DNA of 39,433 bases, taken from positions 1 through 39,433 of the forward strand of contig JBEIGX010000001.1 in NCBI GenBank assembly GCA_040381675.1, read 5' to 3'. The notes under the pieces are model-generated. The model was not told the DNA's origin and did not search any database. It saw only the letters and a program-made list of their open reading frames with translations. The stretch is from Aphanothece sp. GTDB taxonomy: Bacteria; Cyanobacteriota; Cyanobacteriia; PCC-6307; Cyanobiaceae. A program made the position numbers and the translations under genes. This document shows, in pieces, positions 27,117 through 36,330 of this stretch (positions within the stretch are counted from its first letter, which is position 1; every line of letters starts with the position of its first letter).

Positions 27117-27717
27117 GCTTCCCAGCCCAGCCTTCAATCCAACGCAGATCGGCCTGGCTGAAGCAACGGGCTGTCCAGCCCCCCACCAGCAACAGGCCCT
27201 TTTCGCCGATGGGCTGCACCACCACTGCCGGCAGGCCCGGCAGCAAGCTGTCGAATTCGGCCCGTCCCGGGTAATGCTTCAAATCCACGAGGGAGATCGA
27301 GCGCTGGCGCGTCAAGGCCTGGCTGCAGATCGGACCCGGAACAAAGGTCTCCGCTCCAAGCAATCCCCTTCGCAACAGGATGCGTTCCCCGTCGTGCAGA
27401 AGAAGAACGGCCGCAGGGGTTGCCGTGAGCACCATGGAGCTCCCCCAGCCGAGTTCAGCAACCATCTCTTCCGGGAGTCCTTTCGCCAGGTCCCAGCCCT
27501 CCTTGCCTGTGAGGTCAGCACGGTCGGCCGCTGGAGGATCCACCCGCTGCCAGAGGGCCGCGACCACCATCAGTACCACCGCCAATAAACTGGCCAGCAC
27601 GGAAGCTCGCTCCAAGGATGGATCCAGTTGGGGAGAACTGAGCTGGTTGATCACGGTGAGCACCAGGCCCCCCAGGCCAATCGCCAGAACAACACGGGCT
27701 TGGAGGGGAAGGGACAT
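27034..27717 (-). CDS. Cofactor assembly of complex C (CCB2/CCB4-family) protein
   Basis: Two N-terminal TM helices, ELGWGS..LTAT, LKHYPGRAEF, VVVQP and R.FSQADLRWI. Confidence 0.8.
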   Translation of the reverse strand: MSLPLQARVVLAIGLGGLVLTVINQLSSPQLDPSLERASVLASLLAVVLMVVAALWQRVDPPAADRADLTGKEGWDLAKGLPEEMVAELGWGSSMVLTATPAAVLLLHDGERILLRRGLLGAETFVPGPICSQALTRQRSISLVDLKHYPGRAEFDSLLPGLPAVVVQPIGEKGLLLVGGWTARCFSQADLRWIEGWAGKLKTQWAGLWGEAAPVLELRPDEEPAIG

Positions 27718-27818
27718 GGTGGTGGGAGGGGCGCAGAGGAATCCAGCTGGACTTCAAGGGAGCATGATCGGCGCTAGCGCGGCAGACTGGAGAGTGTTGC
27801 CTTCTCTTGGAGCTTGCC

Positions 27819-28553
27819 GTGACTCCTCCATCCAGCAGCGGTGCCCCGCGATGGCACGAAGAGCTTCGTCGATGGGTGCCTTCGGTGCTGGCCACTGCCG
27901 TCGTCTGCCTGGCGAGCCTGGCGACGGTTGTCGCCCCCGCCCTGGCCATCGGGCCTGCGGATTTCCCTCCTCAGGTCCCCTCCTCCCATGTGCTGGATGA
28001 GGCCCACGTGTTCTCCCGGTCCAGCTCACAGGAGATCGAAAAGGCGCTGCAAACCTTTGGGGATGAGCGGGTCGACGCGAAGGTGGTCACCGTTGCCAAA
28101 CTCGACTACGACCTCACCGTGGAGAAACTCGGGGACAAACTTCTGGCCCGTTGGGACACGGCCCCGTCCGATCAAGAGGGGGCTGGACCATCCCGTTTGC
28201 TTCTCATGATTGACGCCCAGACCCGTTCCACAGCTGTGGTGGCCTCCAAGGGACTGAACGGTCGCCTCCCCGCCGAATTGCTGGCCAGCACGGCGGATAC
28301 CACCATGGCCATCCCCCTGCGCTCGGCCGATCGCTACCGCCAGGCCACCCTGGATGCCATCAGCCGTCTCACCACGGTGCTTCAGGGAGGTGAAGATCCC
28401 GGAGAGCCCCTGATCGAGGAGGCGCCAGCTCTGGCTAGCAACATCCCCAGCAAGGAGGAAACGGAAAGCAGCCACGCCTTCACCTGGGTGATCGTGTTGC
28501 TTGTCATCGGCACCGTGGTGCCCATGGCCACTTGGTGGGTGTTTTCACGCTAA
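27819..28553 (+). CDS. psb32: TPM-domain protein Psb32 (photosystem II repair)
   Basis: Signal peptide, VLDEAHVFSR, GGEDPGEP, C-terminal TM WVIVLLVIGTVVPMATWWVFS. Start uncertain. Confidence 0.85.
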   Translation: MTPPSSSGAPRWHEELRRWVPSVLATAVVCLASLATVVAPALAIGPADFPPQVPSSHVLDEAHVFSRSSSQEIEKALQTFGDERVDAKVVTVAKLDYDLTVEKLGDKLLARWDTAPSDQEGAGPSRLLLMIDAQTRSTAVVASKGLNGRLPAELLASTADTTMAIPLRSADRYRQATLDAISRLTTVLQGGEDPGEPLIEEAPALASNIPSKEETESSHAFTWVIVLLVIGTVVPMATWWVFSR

Positions 28554-28560
28554 ACAACCG

Positions 28561-29706
28561 ATGGGATTCCGCGACTGGATGGGCCGCCTTGGCAATGCCC
28601 AAGCACTAGACCTGAGCAGTGACCTGGAGAGGGGCTACGAGGCCGCCCTGCTCATCCAGAGCATCGAATTGGAGTATTACCAGGATCGTCCCGTTCGACC
28701 TGAACTGGAGCTGCGCATCCCCAAAGCCATGCAGGCCCAGGTGTTGCGACGTTTTCGAGCAGCGTTACAGGTTTGCCAACAGTCCGTTGAAAAGGTCAAG
28801 CCCTACCGGCAGGAACTCAGCGGCCAGGAATTGCGCCAATTGCAATTGCTCGATTCCGTCACCGCCCGTTATGCGGGAACCCGCGAACAGCTGCCCAGCT
28901 TGAGTCGCAGCCCTGAGATCCTGCCGCGCAGCCTGCTTGGGGTGGTGGATCAGGTGCGGCAGCGTCTCGATCCGGAAGCAGAAGCCAGTGTGGTGGCTGG
29001 ATTTCGCCGACGGCGGGATTCAACCCTGGTGGCCCTGCGCATTTTATTGCTGATGATCCTGGTGCCCATCCTGGTCCAACAGATCAGTCGCACCTACGTC
29101 GTTTCCCCTCTGGTGGATCGCTTTTCCCCAGACACTGCTTTCCTCAGTTACCCCAAACCCAAACTCGAGGAACAGGCCGTTGAAAAGCTACGCGTGTTTC
29201 AGGCGGAGATCGAGTTTGATCATCTCCTTAACAATGAGCCCCTGCCCAGCAGAGAGGAGCTTCAAAAACAATTGCAAACACGCGCCCAGGAGTTGAAAGA
29301 AGAGGCAGACAAGGAGAGCACGGAAGCTGTCAAGAATGTCTTCGCTGATTTGTTTGGCCTCCTTGGCTTTGTTTGCGTATGCCTCTTTGGCCAACGGGAT
29401 ATTCAAGTACTGAGAGGATTCATTGATGAGTTGGTTTACGGCCTGAGCGACAGTGCGAAGGCCTTTGCCATCATTCTGTTTACAGATATTTTTGTTGGCT
29501 TTCACAGCCCGGAAGGATGGACCGTCCTTCTCGATGGTGTTGCCCATCATTTGGGTTTGCCTGCTCGCGAGAACTTCATCCTTCTCTTTATTGCCACCTT
29601 CCCTGTCGTTCTTGCCACCATCTTTAAATACTGGATCTTCCGCTACCTGAATCGGGTCTCCCCCTCCTCGGTGGCGACCCTGCGCAACATGCAGGGAGGC
29701 GGCTAG
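28561..29706 (+). CDS. pxcA: Proton extrusion protein PxcA (CemA family)
   Basis: YGLSDSAKAFAIILFTDIFVGFHSPEGW...FIATFPV...KYWIFRYLNRVSPSSVAT. Confidence 0.94.
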   Translation: MGFRDWMGRLGNAQALDLSSDLERGYEAALLIQSIELEYYQDRPVRPELELRIPKAMQAQVLRRFRAALQVCQQSVEKVKPYRQELSGQELRQLQLLDSVTARYAGTREQLPSLSRSPEILPRSLLGVVDQVRQRLDPEAEASVVAGFRRRRDSTLVALRILLLMILVPILVQQISRTYVVSPLVDRFSPDTAFLSYPKPKLEEQAVEKLRVFQAEIEFDHLLNNEPLPSREELQKQLQTRAQELKEEADKESTEAVKNVFADLFGLLGFVCVCLFGQRDIQVLRGFIDELVYGLSDSAKAFAIILFTDIFVGFHSPEGWTVLLDGVAHHLGLPARENFILLFIATFPVVLATIFKYWIFRYLNRVSPSSVATLRNMQGGG

Positions 29707-29709
29707 GGC

Positions 29710-30270
29710 GTGTCTGACAGCCTGCCGAAACTCACCCTGGTGAGCGGGCCTGCGGCCAGCGGCAAAAGCCGGTGGGCTGAACACCTGGCTCTCCGCAGCG
29801 GCCACCCTGTGGTGGTCTTGGCCACCGGTCCAGATCTTCCCGACGACATCTCCTGGCAGGAACGGCTGGAACGCCATCGCCAACGGCGTCCGTCCTCCTG
29901 GCGCACCCTGGAGGTCGGTGGGGAACTCTGCTCAGGGTTGCTGAGCCTGAGCCATCACGAGCTGGGTCTGGTGGATTCCCTTGGCACCTGGGTGGCCGCC
30001 CATCTGGACCTAGACCGGCTGGCCTGGCAAGACCATGTGCATTCTCTGTTGAGCACGATCCAACAGGTTTCCTCACCTCTCGTGCTGGTGAGTGAGGAAA
30101 CGGGCTGGGGGGTGGTGCCCATGACTGCGGCTGGAGGTCGATTCCGCGACCGTCTTGGGGAACTCCAGCAAGGGATTGCCCCCTATTGCCAAGAGGCCTG
30201 GTTGGTATCCCAGGGAAGGGCCCTCAACCTGGCCCAGGTGGGCCAGCTGGTGCCAGCCGCCGAGATCTGA
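29710..30270 (+). CDS. cobU: Adenosylcobinamide kinase / phosphate guanylyltransferase
   Basis: GPAASGKS P-loop, RHRQRRP, LVDSLGTW, VSEETGWGVVP and RFRD. Confidence 0.92.
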   Translation: MSDSLPKLTLVSGPAASGKSRWAEHLALRSGHPVVVLATGPDLPDDISWQERLERHRQRRPSSWRTLEVGGELCSGLLSLSHHELGLVDSLGTWVAAHLDLDRLAWQDHVHSLLSTIQQVSSPLVLVSEETGWGVVPMTAAGGRFRDRLGELQQGIAPYCQEAWLVSQGRALNLAQVGQLVPAAEI

Positions 30271-30803
30271 TGCCCCGCGTTGTCCTGTTCGAACCGCTGA
30301 TTCCACCCAACACGGGAAATGTGGCGCGGACCTGCGCAGCCACAGGGCTGGAGCTCCATCTCATCGATCCTCTGGGCTTCTCTATCAGTGATCGCCACCT
30401 ACGGCGCGCCGGGCTGGATTACTGGCCCCTGGTCCAATTGATCCGGCACGTGGATGGACCCACTTTCCTGAAGGACTGGCGCCAGCAGGGCGGGCGCTTG
30501 CTGGCCTTCAGCAGCCATGCCTCCGAGTCTTACAGCGACGTGGCCTACCAAGAGGACGACTGGCTCCTGTTCGGCAAGGAAACCGACGGATTGAGCGCCG
30601 AGCTTCTGGAGGCAGCCGATTTGAGGCTCACCATTCCCATGCCGCAATCAGGCCGGATGATTCCCGGTGGAGTGCGGAGCCTCAATCTCTCCGTCGCTGT
30701 GGGAGTGGTGGTGTTTGAGACTCTCCGCCAACGCAACCTGGCCGATGCAAGCGTGGCCAGTATCAGCAGGGGCCCTGCAGCACTTGCGTCATCGCAAGAC
30801 TGA
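30270..30803 (+). CDS. trmL: tRNA (cytidine(34)-2'-O)-methyltransferase
   Basis: PLIPPNTGNVARTC, RRAGLDYW, FGKETDGL, IPM and RSLNLS. TGATG coupling to cobU. Confidence 0.93.
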   Translation: MPRVVLFEPLIPPNTGNVARTCAATGLELHLIDPLGFSISDRHLRRAGLDYWPLVQLIRHVDGPTFLKDWRQQGGRLLAFSSHASESYSDVAYQEDDWLLFGKETDGLSAELLEAADLRLTIPMPQSGRMIPGGVRSLNLSVAVGVVVFETLRQRNLADASVASISRGPAALASSQD

Positions 30804-30930
30804 CGCTAAGGTCCGCGGGAATTTGTTTGTCAGACAAAGACTCTCAAACGTCTTTGTTCTTGCCGAGAAGCGTTGGATTACCTCCCTTCGTTCTCACCCT
30901 CTGTAATCAACATCACCTTTTTTATCCCAA

Positions 30931-31783
30931 GTGTTGTTCACACGTCGCATTTTCACAGCCCTCCTCAGTACATCGGTGGTCCTGCCGCTCTCAGCGGCTC
31001 TGGCCACCGATCTCCAGTCCACGACAACAACCGACGACCTCCTGGCTGCCTTGAGGGACGTAGGGAGCCCATCCACTTCCATGGGGCAACGCCAGCCCCT
31101 CACCCCCCCCCCCTGAACTGCCTTCTGAGCTTGACTCCCCAGTGAACAGCAAGGGAGTTGTTCGCTTCGGAGACACGCTCGACTCCATTGCTCACCGTTA
31201 CCAGCTTTCCGTTAATCAGCTGGTTCAGTGGAATCCTGATCTGCGAACATCGCCCCTGATTGTCGGGCGCCAGCTCAAGGTGTCCTCGAATGTGCAGTTG
31301 CGCATCCATCGTCTGATCAGCCTCAATCCCGTCAATAGCGGTGGTGTCAGTTGGCCCGATACGCCGAACTATGGGCCATCCAATGAACAGCCTTCCGGAA
31401 ACCAACGGTGGCTCATGCCCACCCGTGGACTGCTGACCTCTGGGTATGGCTGGCGCTGGGGGCGCATGCACAAGGGCATTGACATCGCCAACAGTGTGGG
31501 CACAGCGATTGTGGCCGTACAACACGGCCGAGTGACCTTCTCTGGCTGGAGCGACGGTGGCTACGGTTATCTAGTGGAAATCACCCATCAGGACGGGTCC
31601 CGCAGTCTGTATGCCCATCAGAGCCGCATCCTGGTCCGGGAGGGCGAGGAGGTCGTTCAGGGGCAACAGATCGGGGAGATGGGGAGCACGGGAAGAAGTA
31701 CGGGCCCCCACTTGCACTTTGAAATTCATGCGCCGGGGTATGGAGCCATCAATCCGATGGATGTCCTTCAACCGGCCGCCTGA
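30931..31783 (+). pseudogene. Secreted LysM + M23 metallopeptidase, split by an apparent one-base frameshift in a C11 tract
   Basis: 30931-31116 encodes a signal peptide and linker. 31142-31783 encodes LysM (GDTLDSIAHRY..SVNQLVQWN) and M23 (HKGID, YAH, STGPHLHFE). Removing one C from 31103-31113 fuses them into 283 aa. Confidence 0.85.
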
Positions 31784-31820
31784 GGCCCCATTGGGCGATG
31801 GCTTAAAGTTTCAAAGATCA

Positions 31821-31894
31821 GGCTCGGTAGCTCAGCTGGTTAGAGCGTGGGATTCATAACCCCAAGGTCGGGAGTTCAAGTCTCCCCCGAGCCA
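31821..31894 (+). tRNA. trnM: tRNA-Met (CAT), elongator type
   Basis: Acceptor stem GGCTCGG/CCGAGCC plus A73, D-arm GCTC..GAGC, anticodon loop TTCATAA, T-loop TTCAAGT. The G1-C72 pair argues against initiator. CCA is not encoded. Confidence 0.93.
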
Positions 31895-31903
31895 TTTTTA
31901 TTG

Positions 31904-32224
31904 TCACCGCATATCGACGGCTCTCAAACGTTCGCGGAAGCTCGTCGAGTCGCCGTTCAATCCGTCTTGAACCGGGAGGGTCATGGGCAGGGAAGGGTCG
32001 CTCAGACCGCCTCGTTGGGACCGTCCAGAACTGCCTGAGCCACCCCCATGGCGCACCTCAACGGGCACCCGGTAGGTCGGGCCTCGCCGTCCCATGCTGA
32101 CGCTGAGTTCGCCATCCTGGTTGCGGGATAAGGGACTGCTCTTCAGTTCACTGCGCACCTGATTAAGGAGCCGAAAATGGCTGGTGGTGCTGTATTTACG
32201 CAGCACAGCGGGATCCCAGGTCAT
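31904..32224 (-). CDS. Conserved cyanobacterial hypothetical protein
   Basis: MTWDPAVLRKYSTTSHFRLLNQVRSELK is an N-terminus I recall from cyanobacterial small proteins; a TAGGCT -10-like element lies upstream. Confidence 0.75.
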   Translation of the reverse strand: MTWDPAVLRKYSTTSHFRLLNQVRSELKSSPLSRNQDGELSVSMGRRGPTYRVPVEVRHGGGSGSSGRSQRGGLSDPSLPMTLPVQDGLNGDSTSFRERLRAVDMR

Positions 32225-32440
32225 GCTTGTCTCATGGTCACTACAGCCTATCGCTCAGGGCGACAAGATCCCGCAAAGATCCGTGATAAGTTAGGGTCGG
32301 TTAAACAAAAGTCGGACCGACTTCGCCTTGGCTCCGCCTGAGCGAGACCGTTGTCTCTTCCGCTTTTGGAGCCGGGTCTGCCATTGCCCTGCAACAGCAG
32401 CTCCAGATCCTTGAATCAGCCCCTTCTCACTTCCATTCCC

Positions 32441-33031
32441 ATGTCCAGGCTTGTTGGTCTGCCTGCCCCAGACTTCACCGCCACCGCCGTGGTGGACCAG
32501 GAGTTCAAGGAGGTCACCCTGTCGCAGTACCGCGGCAAATACGTGGTGCTCTTCTTCTACCCCCTCGATTTCACCTTCGTCTGCCCCACGGAAATCACCG
32601 CCTTCAGCGACCGCTACGGGGATTTCTCCAGCCGGAACACGGAAGTCCTCGGTGTCTCCGTGGACAGCCAGTTCAGCCATCTGGCCTGGGTTCAAACGGA
32701 TCGCAAGGCTGGAGGATTGGGAGACATCGCCTATCCCCTCGTTGCCGACCTCAAAAAAACCATCGCCAGTGCCTACTGCGTTCTGGATGAGGAGGCAGGC
32801 ATCGCCCTCAGAGGGCTGTTCATCATCGATCCCGATGGGGTGATCATGCACAGCACGATCAACAACCTCCCTGTGGGACGCAGCGTGGATGAAACCCTTC
32901 GTGTTCTCCAAGCCTTCCAGTATGTGCAGTCCCATCCCGATGAGGTCTGCCCGGCCAACTGGACCCCTGGCGACAAGACCATGAATCCTGATCCGGTCAA
33001 GAGCAAGGACTTCTTCGCCGCCATCAACTGA
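32441..33031 (+). CDS. ahpC: 2-Cys peroxiredoxin (AhpC/TSA family)
   Basis: [14 protein letters not shown] peroxidatic motif, GRSVDETLR and EVCPANW resolving Cys. Confidence 0.95.
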   Translation: MSRLVGLPAPDFTATAVVDQEFKEVTLSQYRGKYVVLFFYPLDFTFVCPTEITAFSDRYGDFSSRNTEVLGVSVDSQFSHLAWVQTDRKAGGLGDIAYPLVADLKKTIASAYCVLDEEAGIALRGLFIIDPDGVIMHSTINNLPVGRSVDETLRVLQAFQYVQSHPDEVCPANWTPGDKTMNPDPVKSKDFFAAIN

Positions 33032-33057
33032 GGCGAGGCGTTCACCTCCATCGACAT

Positions 33058-33082
33058 GGGGCCTGCGGGCCCCTTTTTTTTT
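33058..33082 (+). terminator. Intrinsic terminator after peroxiredoxin
   Basis: GGGGCC-TGCG-GGCCCC followed by T9. Confidence 0.9.
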
Positions 33083-33104
33083 GTGTTCGCGTTCGCCTTG
33101 GGGC

Positions 33105-33764
33105 TCAGCCCAGGCGGCTGAGCGAATCCAACAGGGGACGGCCATCCACCCCTCCCAGAGCAGGATCACAGGCCCTCTCGGGGTGGGGCATCAGGCCGAG
33201 CACGTTCCCCTTCTCATTGGTGAGGCCCGCCACATCCCCCATCGATCCGTTCGGATTGTTCCGATAGCGCAGCACCACCTGTCCGCGCTCCTGCAACCCC
33301 TTCAAGGTGGACCCATCCGCCTGATAGCGACCTTCTCCATGGGCAATGGGAAGCGCGATGGAATCGCCATGGCCGTAGCCCTGCAACCAGGAGCACTGCC
33401 CCGGGCTCACCTCCAGAACCGTGGGTTCACAGCGGAAATGCAGCATTCGGTTCCGTGTCAGGGCCCCAGGGAGCAGTCCCATCTCTGTCAGCACCTGGAA
33501 GCCGTTGCAAATCCCCAGAACAGGCCCCCCTTCTTGAGCAAAGCCATACACCTCCTGCAGGATGGGAGAAAAGCGGGCCAGAGCTCCACAGCGGAGATAG
33601 TCGCCATAGCTGAATCCACCAGGGAGAATCACGGCATCGAGGCCGCTCAGATCCCGCTCCTCATGCCACAGCAAGCGGGTGGGTCGACCCAGACATCCTT
33701 CCAGCGCCCAGCGCACGTCTCGATCGCAGTTGGAACCAGGAAAAACCACGATGCCAATGGTCAT
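33105..33764 (-). CDS. purQ: FGAM synthase glutaminase subunit
   Basis: [37 protein letters not shown] and GLMPHPER. Confidence 0.97.
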   Translation of the reverse strand: MTIGIVVFPGSNCDRDVRWALEGCLGRPTRLLWHEERDLSGLDAVILPGGFSYGDYLRCGALARFSPILQEVYGFAQEGGPVLGICNGFQVLTEMGLLPGALTRNRMLHFRCEPTVLEVSPGQCSWLQGYGHGDSIALPIAHGEGRYQADGSTLKGLQERGQVVLRYRNNPNGSMGDVAGLTNEKGNVLGLMPHPERACDPALGGVDGRPLLDSLSRLG

Positions 33765-33770
33765 GGCTGC

Positions 33771-34028
33771 TCAGAGGACCTCCACCCCTTCAAGGGACCA
33801 ATCTTCAATCACAGGATTGGCGAGCAGGCGATCGCTCAGCAGCTCCAGGTGCTCCATCGCGGTGGTGTGATCGGGGGCCTCCAGCTCCACATCGATGCTC
33901 TTGCCGATGCGCAGGCGCTGGATGCCGGTCACCCCCAACCGACTAGCCGCAGCCCGGGTGGCTTCCCCGGCGGGATCCAGCACGGATGGCCTCAGGGACA
34001 CATGGACGCGGGCACGAAAGAGGGGCAC
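33771..34028 (-). CDS. purS: FGAM synthase subunit PurS
   Basis: GTG start at 34028: VPLFRARVHVSLRPSVLDPAGEA...RIGKSI...LLANPVIEDW; lies directly upstream of purQ. Confidence 0.93.
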   Translation of the reverse strand: MPLFRARVHVSLRPSVLDPAGEATRAAASRLGVTGIQRLRIGKSIDVELEAPDHTTAMEHLELLSDRLLANPVIEDWSLEGVEVL

Positions 34029-34062
34029 CAAGAGACTGGCAACAAGCCAATCCTGGCAGCCC

Positions 34063-34406
34063 ATGGGTCGCCCCCCCGGATCGGCCTCTGGCTCCTTGGA
34101 TTTGGAGCTCTGTTCTGTTCCCTGAGCTCTCCTCCATCCAGCTGGGCCCAGAGCCTGCAACCCATTCCTCTGGAGTGCAGGCTGGCCGATGGCCCCTGGC
34201 GGAGCTGCCGGATGGAGGTGCTTCAGCTTGGGCGGCACTGGTTTCTCCAGATTGGCCGCCAACGGATCGAATTCACCCACGACGGCACAGGACAGGTGCG
34301 CATGGGGAAAGACGGGGTCTGGGCGGAGGTGACGCCACGGTGGGCGGAGGATCGGAGTCTCTGCTGGGGCTCGGTATGCGCCAGAGGAGAACTCCCCCTG
34401 GACTAA
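34063..34406 (+). CDS. Hypothetical secreted Cys/Trp-rich protein; start out of frame across a C7 run
   Basis: The frame ending at 34406 encodes RIGLWLLGFGALFCSL...SWA-QSLQPIPLEC...LCWGSVCARGELPLD. ATG 34063 joins this frame only if C7 (34071-34077) becomes C8. Confidence 0.65.
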
Positions 34407-35467
34407 CGCACCGGGCCCAAGGCAGGCCAGAGCTCCGCCGCTGCCGCTTCCACCTGGGCCCGCTGGGCCGCAGGCACCAGGGCCACAAGTTCCAAGGTGG
34501 GGGACTGGGGATCCTTGCTGGCCACTCCTTCATACCAACATTCCAGCCGTGGACCCACCGCCTGAATCTGGAGTGTGAGCCGTTTGCCGGCTTCCTGAGC
34601 CCGACCTTTCAGACGGAGGATCGGCTGCTTCCGCAGCATCTCCTGCAGGGTTGGCTCCACTTCCGCTCTCCCGATCGAACCCCAGCGACGGATCACGATG
34701 GATTCCATGGCCACATGGGCATGGTCATGGTCCTCCGTGTGCCCCTCCTCCCCAAAGGCCAGCTTGTGCGGATCCTGGTCTTCCACGGCCTTCCCCAGGA
34801 GAAGGTCGGCCGGCAAGGCCCCCCTGACCATGGGGAGCACCGGGATGCCTGGGCGCACCTTGGCCCGCACCGCTTGCATGACGGACTCCAGAGCGTCCGA
34901 AGCCACGGTGTCGGCCCGACTCACGGCCACCAGATCGGCCACCTCCAATTGCTCATCGAAGAGCTCCTCCAGGGCGGAGAGATGCTCCAGGCTTGGATCG
35001 GCTTGCCGCTGCGCCTCCACAGCCGCCCCATCGCCCACCACATGTCCTGCGGCGAGGGCCTCCCCATCCACCACCGTGACCACGGCATGCACACGGGTGC
35101 GGGTGCGCACCTGGGGCCACTGGAATGCGGCGACAAGGGGTTCTGGGAGCGCCAGGCCACTGGTTTCCACCACCAGTCCATCCAACCGATCCGCCCGTTC
35201 CAGCAGTCGCTCCATCGTGGGCAGAAACTCATCCTGCACCGTGCAGCAGAGACAGCCATTGGTGAGCTCCACCAGGCGCCCCGCCAACTCATCCTCAGGG
35301 CAGAACCCACAGTGGGCCAGGAGCTCCCCATCAATGCCCACATCGCCGAATTCATTGACGATGACCGCCAGGCGCTGGCCACTGTTCAGGAGGAGATGGC
35401 GCAGCAGGGTTGTTTTTCCGGCACCGAGAAAACCCGTCACCACCGTGACCGGGAGGCGGGTTGGCAT
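34403..35467 (-). CDS. cobW: CobW-family (COG0523) GTPase metallochaperone
   Basis: TGFLGAGKTT, NEFG, GCLCC, ETSGLA and His-rich HTEDHDHAH; downstream of the B12 riboswitch. Confidence 0.92.
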   Translation of the reverse strand: MPTRLPVTVVTGFLGAGKTTLLRHLLLNSGQRLAVIVNEFGDVGIDGELLAHCGFCPEDELAGRLVELTNGCLCCTVQDEFLPTMERLLERADRLDGLVVETSGLALPEPLVAAFQWPQVRTRTRVHAVVTVVDGEALAAGHVVGDGAAVEAQRQADPSLEHLSALEELFDEQLEVADLVAVSRADTVASDALESVMQAVRAKVRPGIPVLPMVRGALPADLLLGKAVEDQDPHKLAFGEEGHTEDHDHAHVAMESIVIRRWGSIGRAEVEPTLQEMLRKQPILRLKGRAQEAGKRLTLQIQAVGPRLECWYEGVASKDPQSPTLELVALVPAAQRAQVEAAAAELWPALGPVR

Positions 35468-35480
35468 GGGAAGGCCCATC

Positions 35481-36128
35481 TCAGGCCACGAGCGCTGAGA
35501 GAGTCCAGGCACTGCCGCAGCCGATCAGGCCCCCACAGACCAGAGCCCGTTGCTGGGAGGACAGGCCATCCACCAGGGATCTGAGCAGGGTAAGGGCCAA
35601 CAGGAGGAGGGTTGCCTGGCTCAGCAGCAGTCCCAGGGCGTAGAAGGCCAGCGGTGCCTGACTCCAGCCGAGAACGGTGTTGCTCAGCACATAGCCATGG
35701 AGGGCAATGGCTGGCAAGAGAAGGCCCTTGGGCCACTTGCGGAGCCACACCAACGCCACCACCACCAAACTGAAGGCCACCGCGGCTTCCGCAAAGGGCA
35801 GACCCGGCAGGAGCAAGCCCAGACCACTGCCCAGCAGACCGGTGACCAGGAGCGCCAGCATCCATCGGACCCGATGGCGCAAGCCCACAAGCGAGAGCGA
35901 GCACAGAAACAACAGATGGTCCGGTCCCAGGACCGGATGGGCCAACCCACTGAGCAATCCAGTGGCGGGGGAGGGGGGCAGGTGGGTCAGGTCCATCAGA
36001 TGGTGGGCTTCCGCGGGCTGACCAGCCAGCCCAAGAACCGTGAGCCCTAGGCCCATGACAGAAGGAAGGAACCAGGGCCGGAGGCGATCAGCCATCGCGC
36101 AATCAGGCGTAGACAGGGGGAAGGTCAT
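35481..36128 (-). CDS. HupE/UreJ-family metal (probably cobalt) transporter
   Basis: Signal peptide AEA-HH, GLLSGLAHPVLGPDHLL, LHGY and multiple TM helices; directly downstream of the cobalamin riboswitch. Confidence 0.9.
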   Translation of the reverse strand: MTFPLSTPDCAMADRLRPWFLPSVMGLGLTVLGLAGQPAEAHHLMDLTHLPPSPATGLLSGLAHPVLGPDHLLFLCSLSLVGLRHRVRWMLALLVTGLLGSGLGLLLPGLPFAEAAVAFSLVVVALVWLRKWPKGLLLPAIALHGYVLSNTVLGWSQAPLAFYALGLLLSQATLLLLALTLLRSLVDGLSSQQRALVCGGLIGCGSAWTLSALVA

Positions 36129-36165
36129 CAGGGATACCGCCGGTCCGCGCCGGGCTTGAGAGATG

Positions 36166-36295
36166 GGTCGGCGGGCGTTCTGGCTTGGATCACTGGCGCG
36201 ATCTTCACAGCTGCGGGACAGCGCCGGACTCCAGAAACTCTGTGCACCGGACTTTCCCCCTTACCTCCGTGGACTGATCTTCCACGGAACCGATG
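36166..36295 (-). promoter_or_regulatory. Cobalamin riboswitch
   Basis: Minus strand reads GGTTCCGTGGA..TCCACGGA GGTAAGGGGGAAAGTCCGGTG...TCCGGCGCTGTCCCGCAGCTGTGA...AAGCCAGAACGCCCGCC (B12 box). A TAGATT -10-like element lies at 36302-36307, upstream of hupE/ureJ-cobW. Confidence 0.93.
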
Positions 36296-36330
36296 AACAG
36301 CAATCTACTGATGGGTGTTGGCTGCAGGCC

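Noticed and set aside
31821-31894. tRNA-Met as an island integration site
   Set aside because: No integrase and no duplicated tRNA 3' end seen; the flanking genes look like core genes.
30841-31931. 11-bp direct repeat CTCTCAAACGT flanking the M23 gene and tRNA
   Set aside because: The second copy is inside a coding sequence, there is no mobility gene, and one 11-mer match at this scale is plausible by chance.
33081-34406. 441-aa plus-strand ORF
   Set aside because: Most of it is antisense to purQ and purS; only the last ~110 codons look like a real gene.
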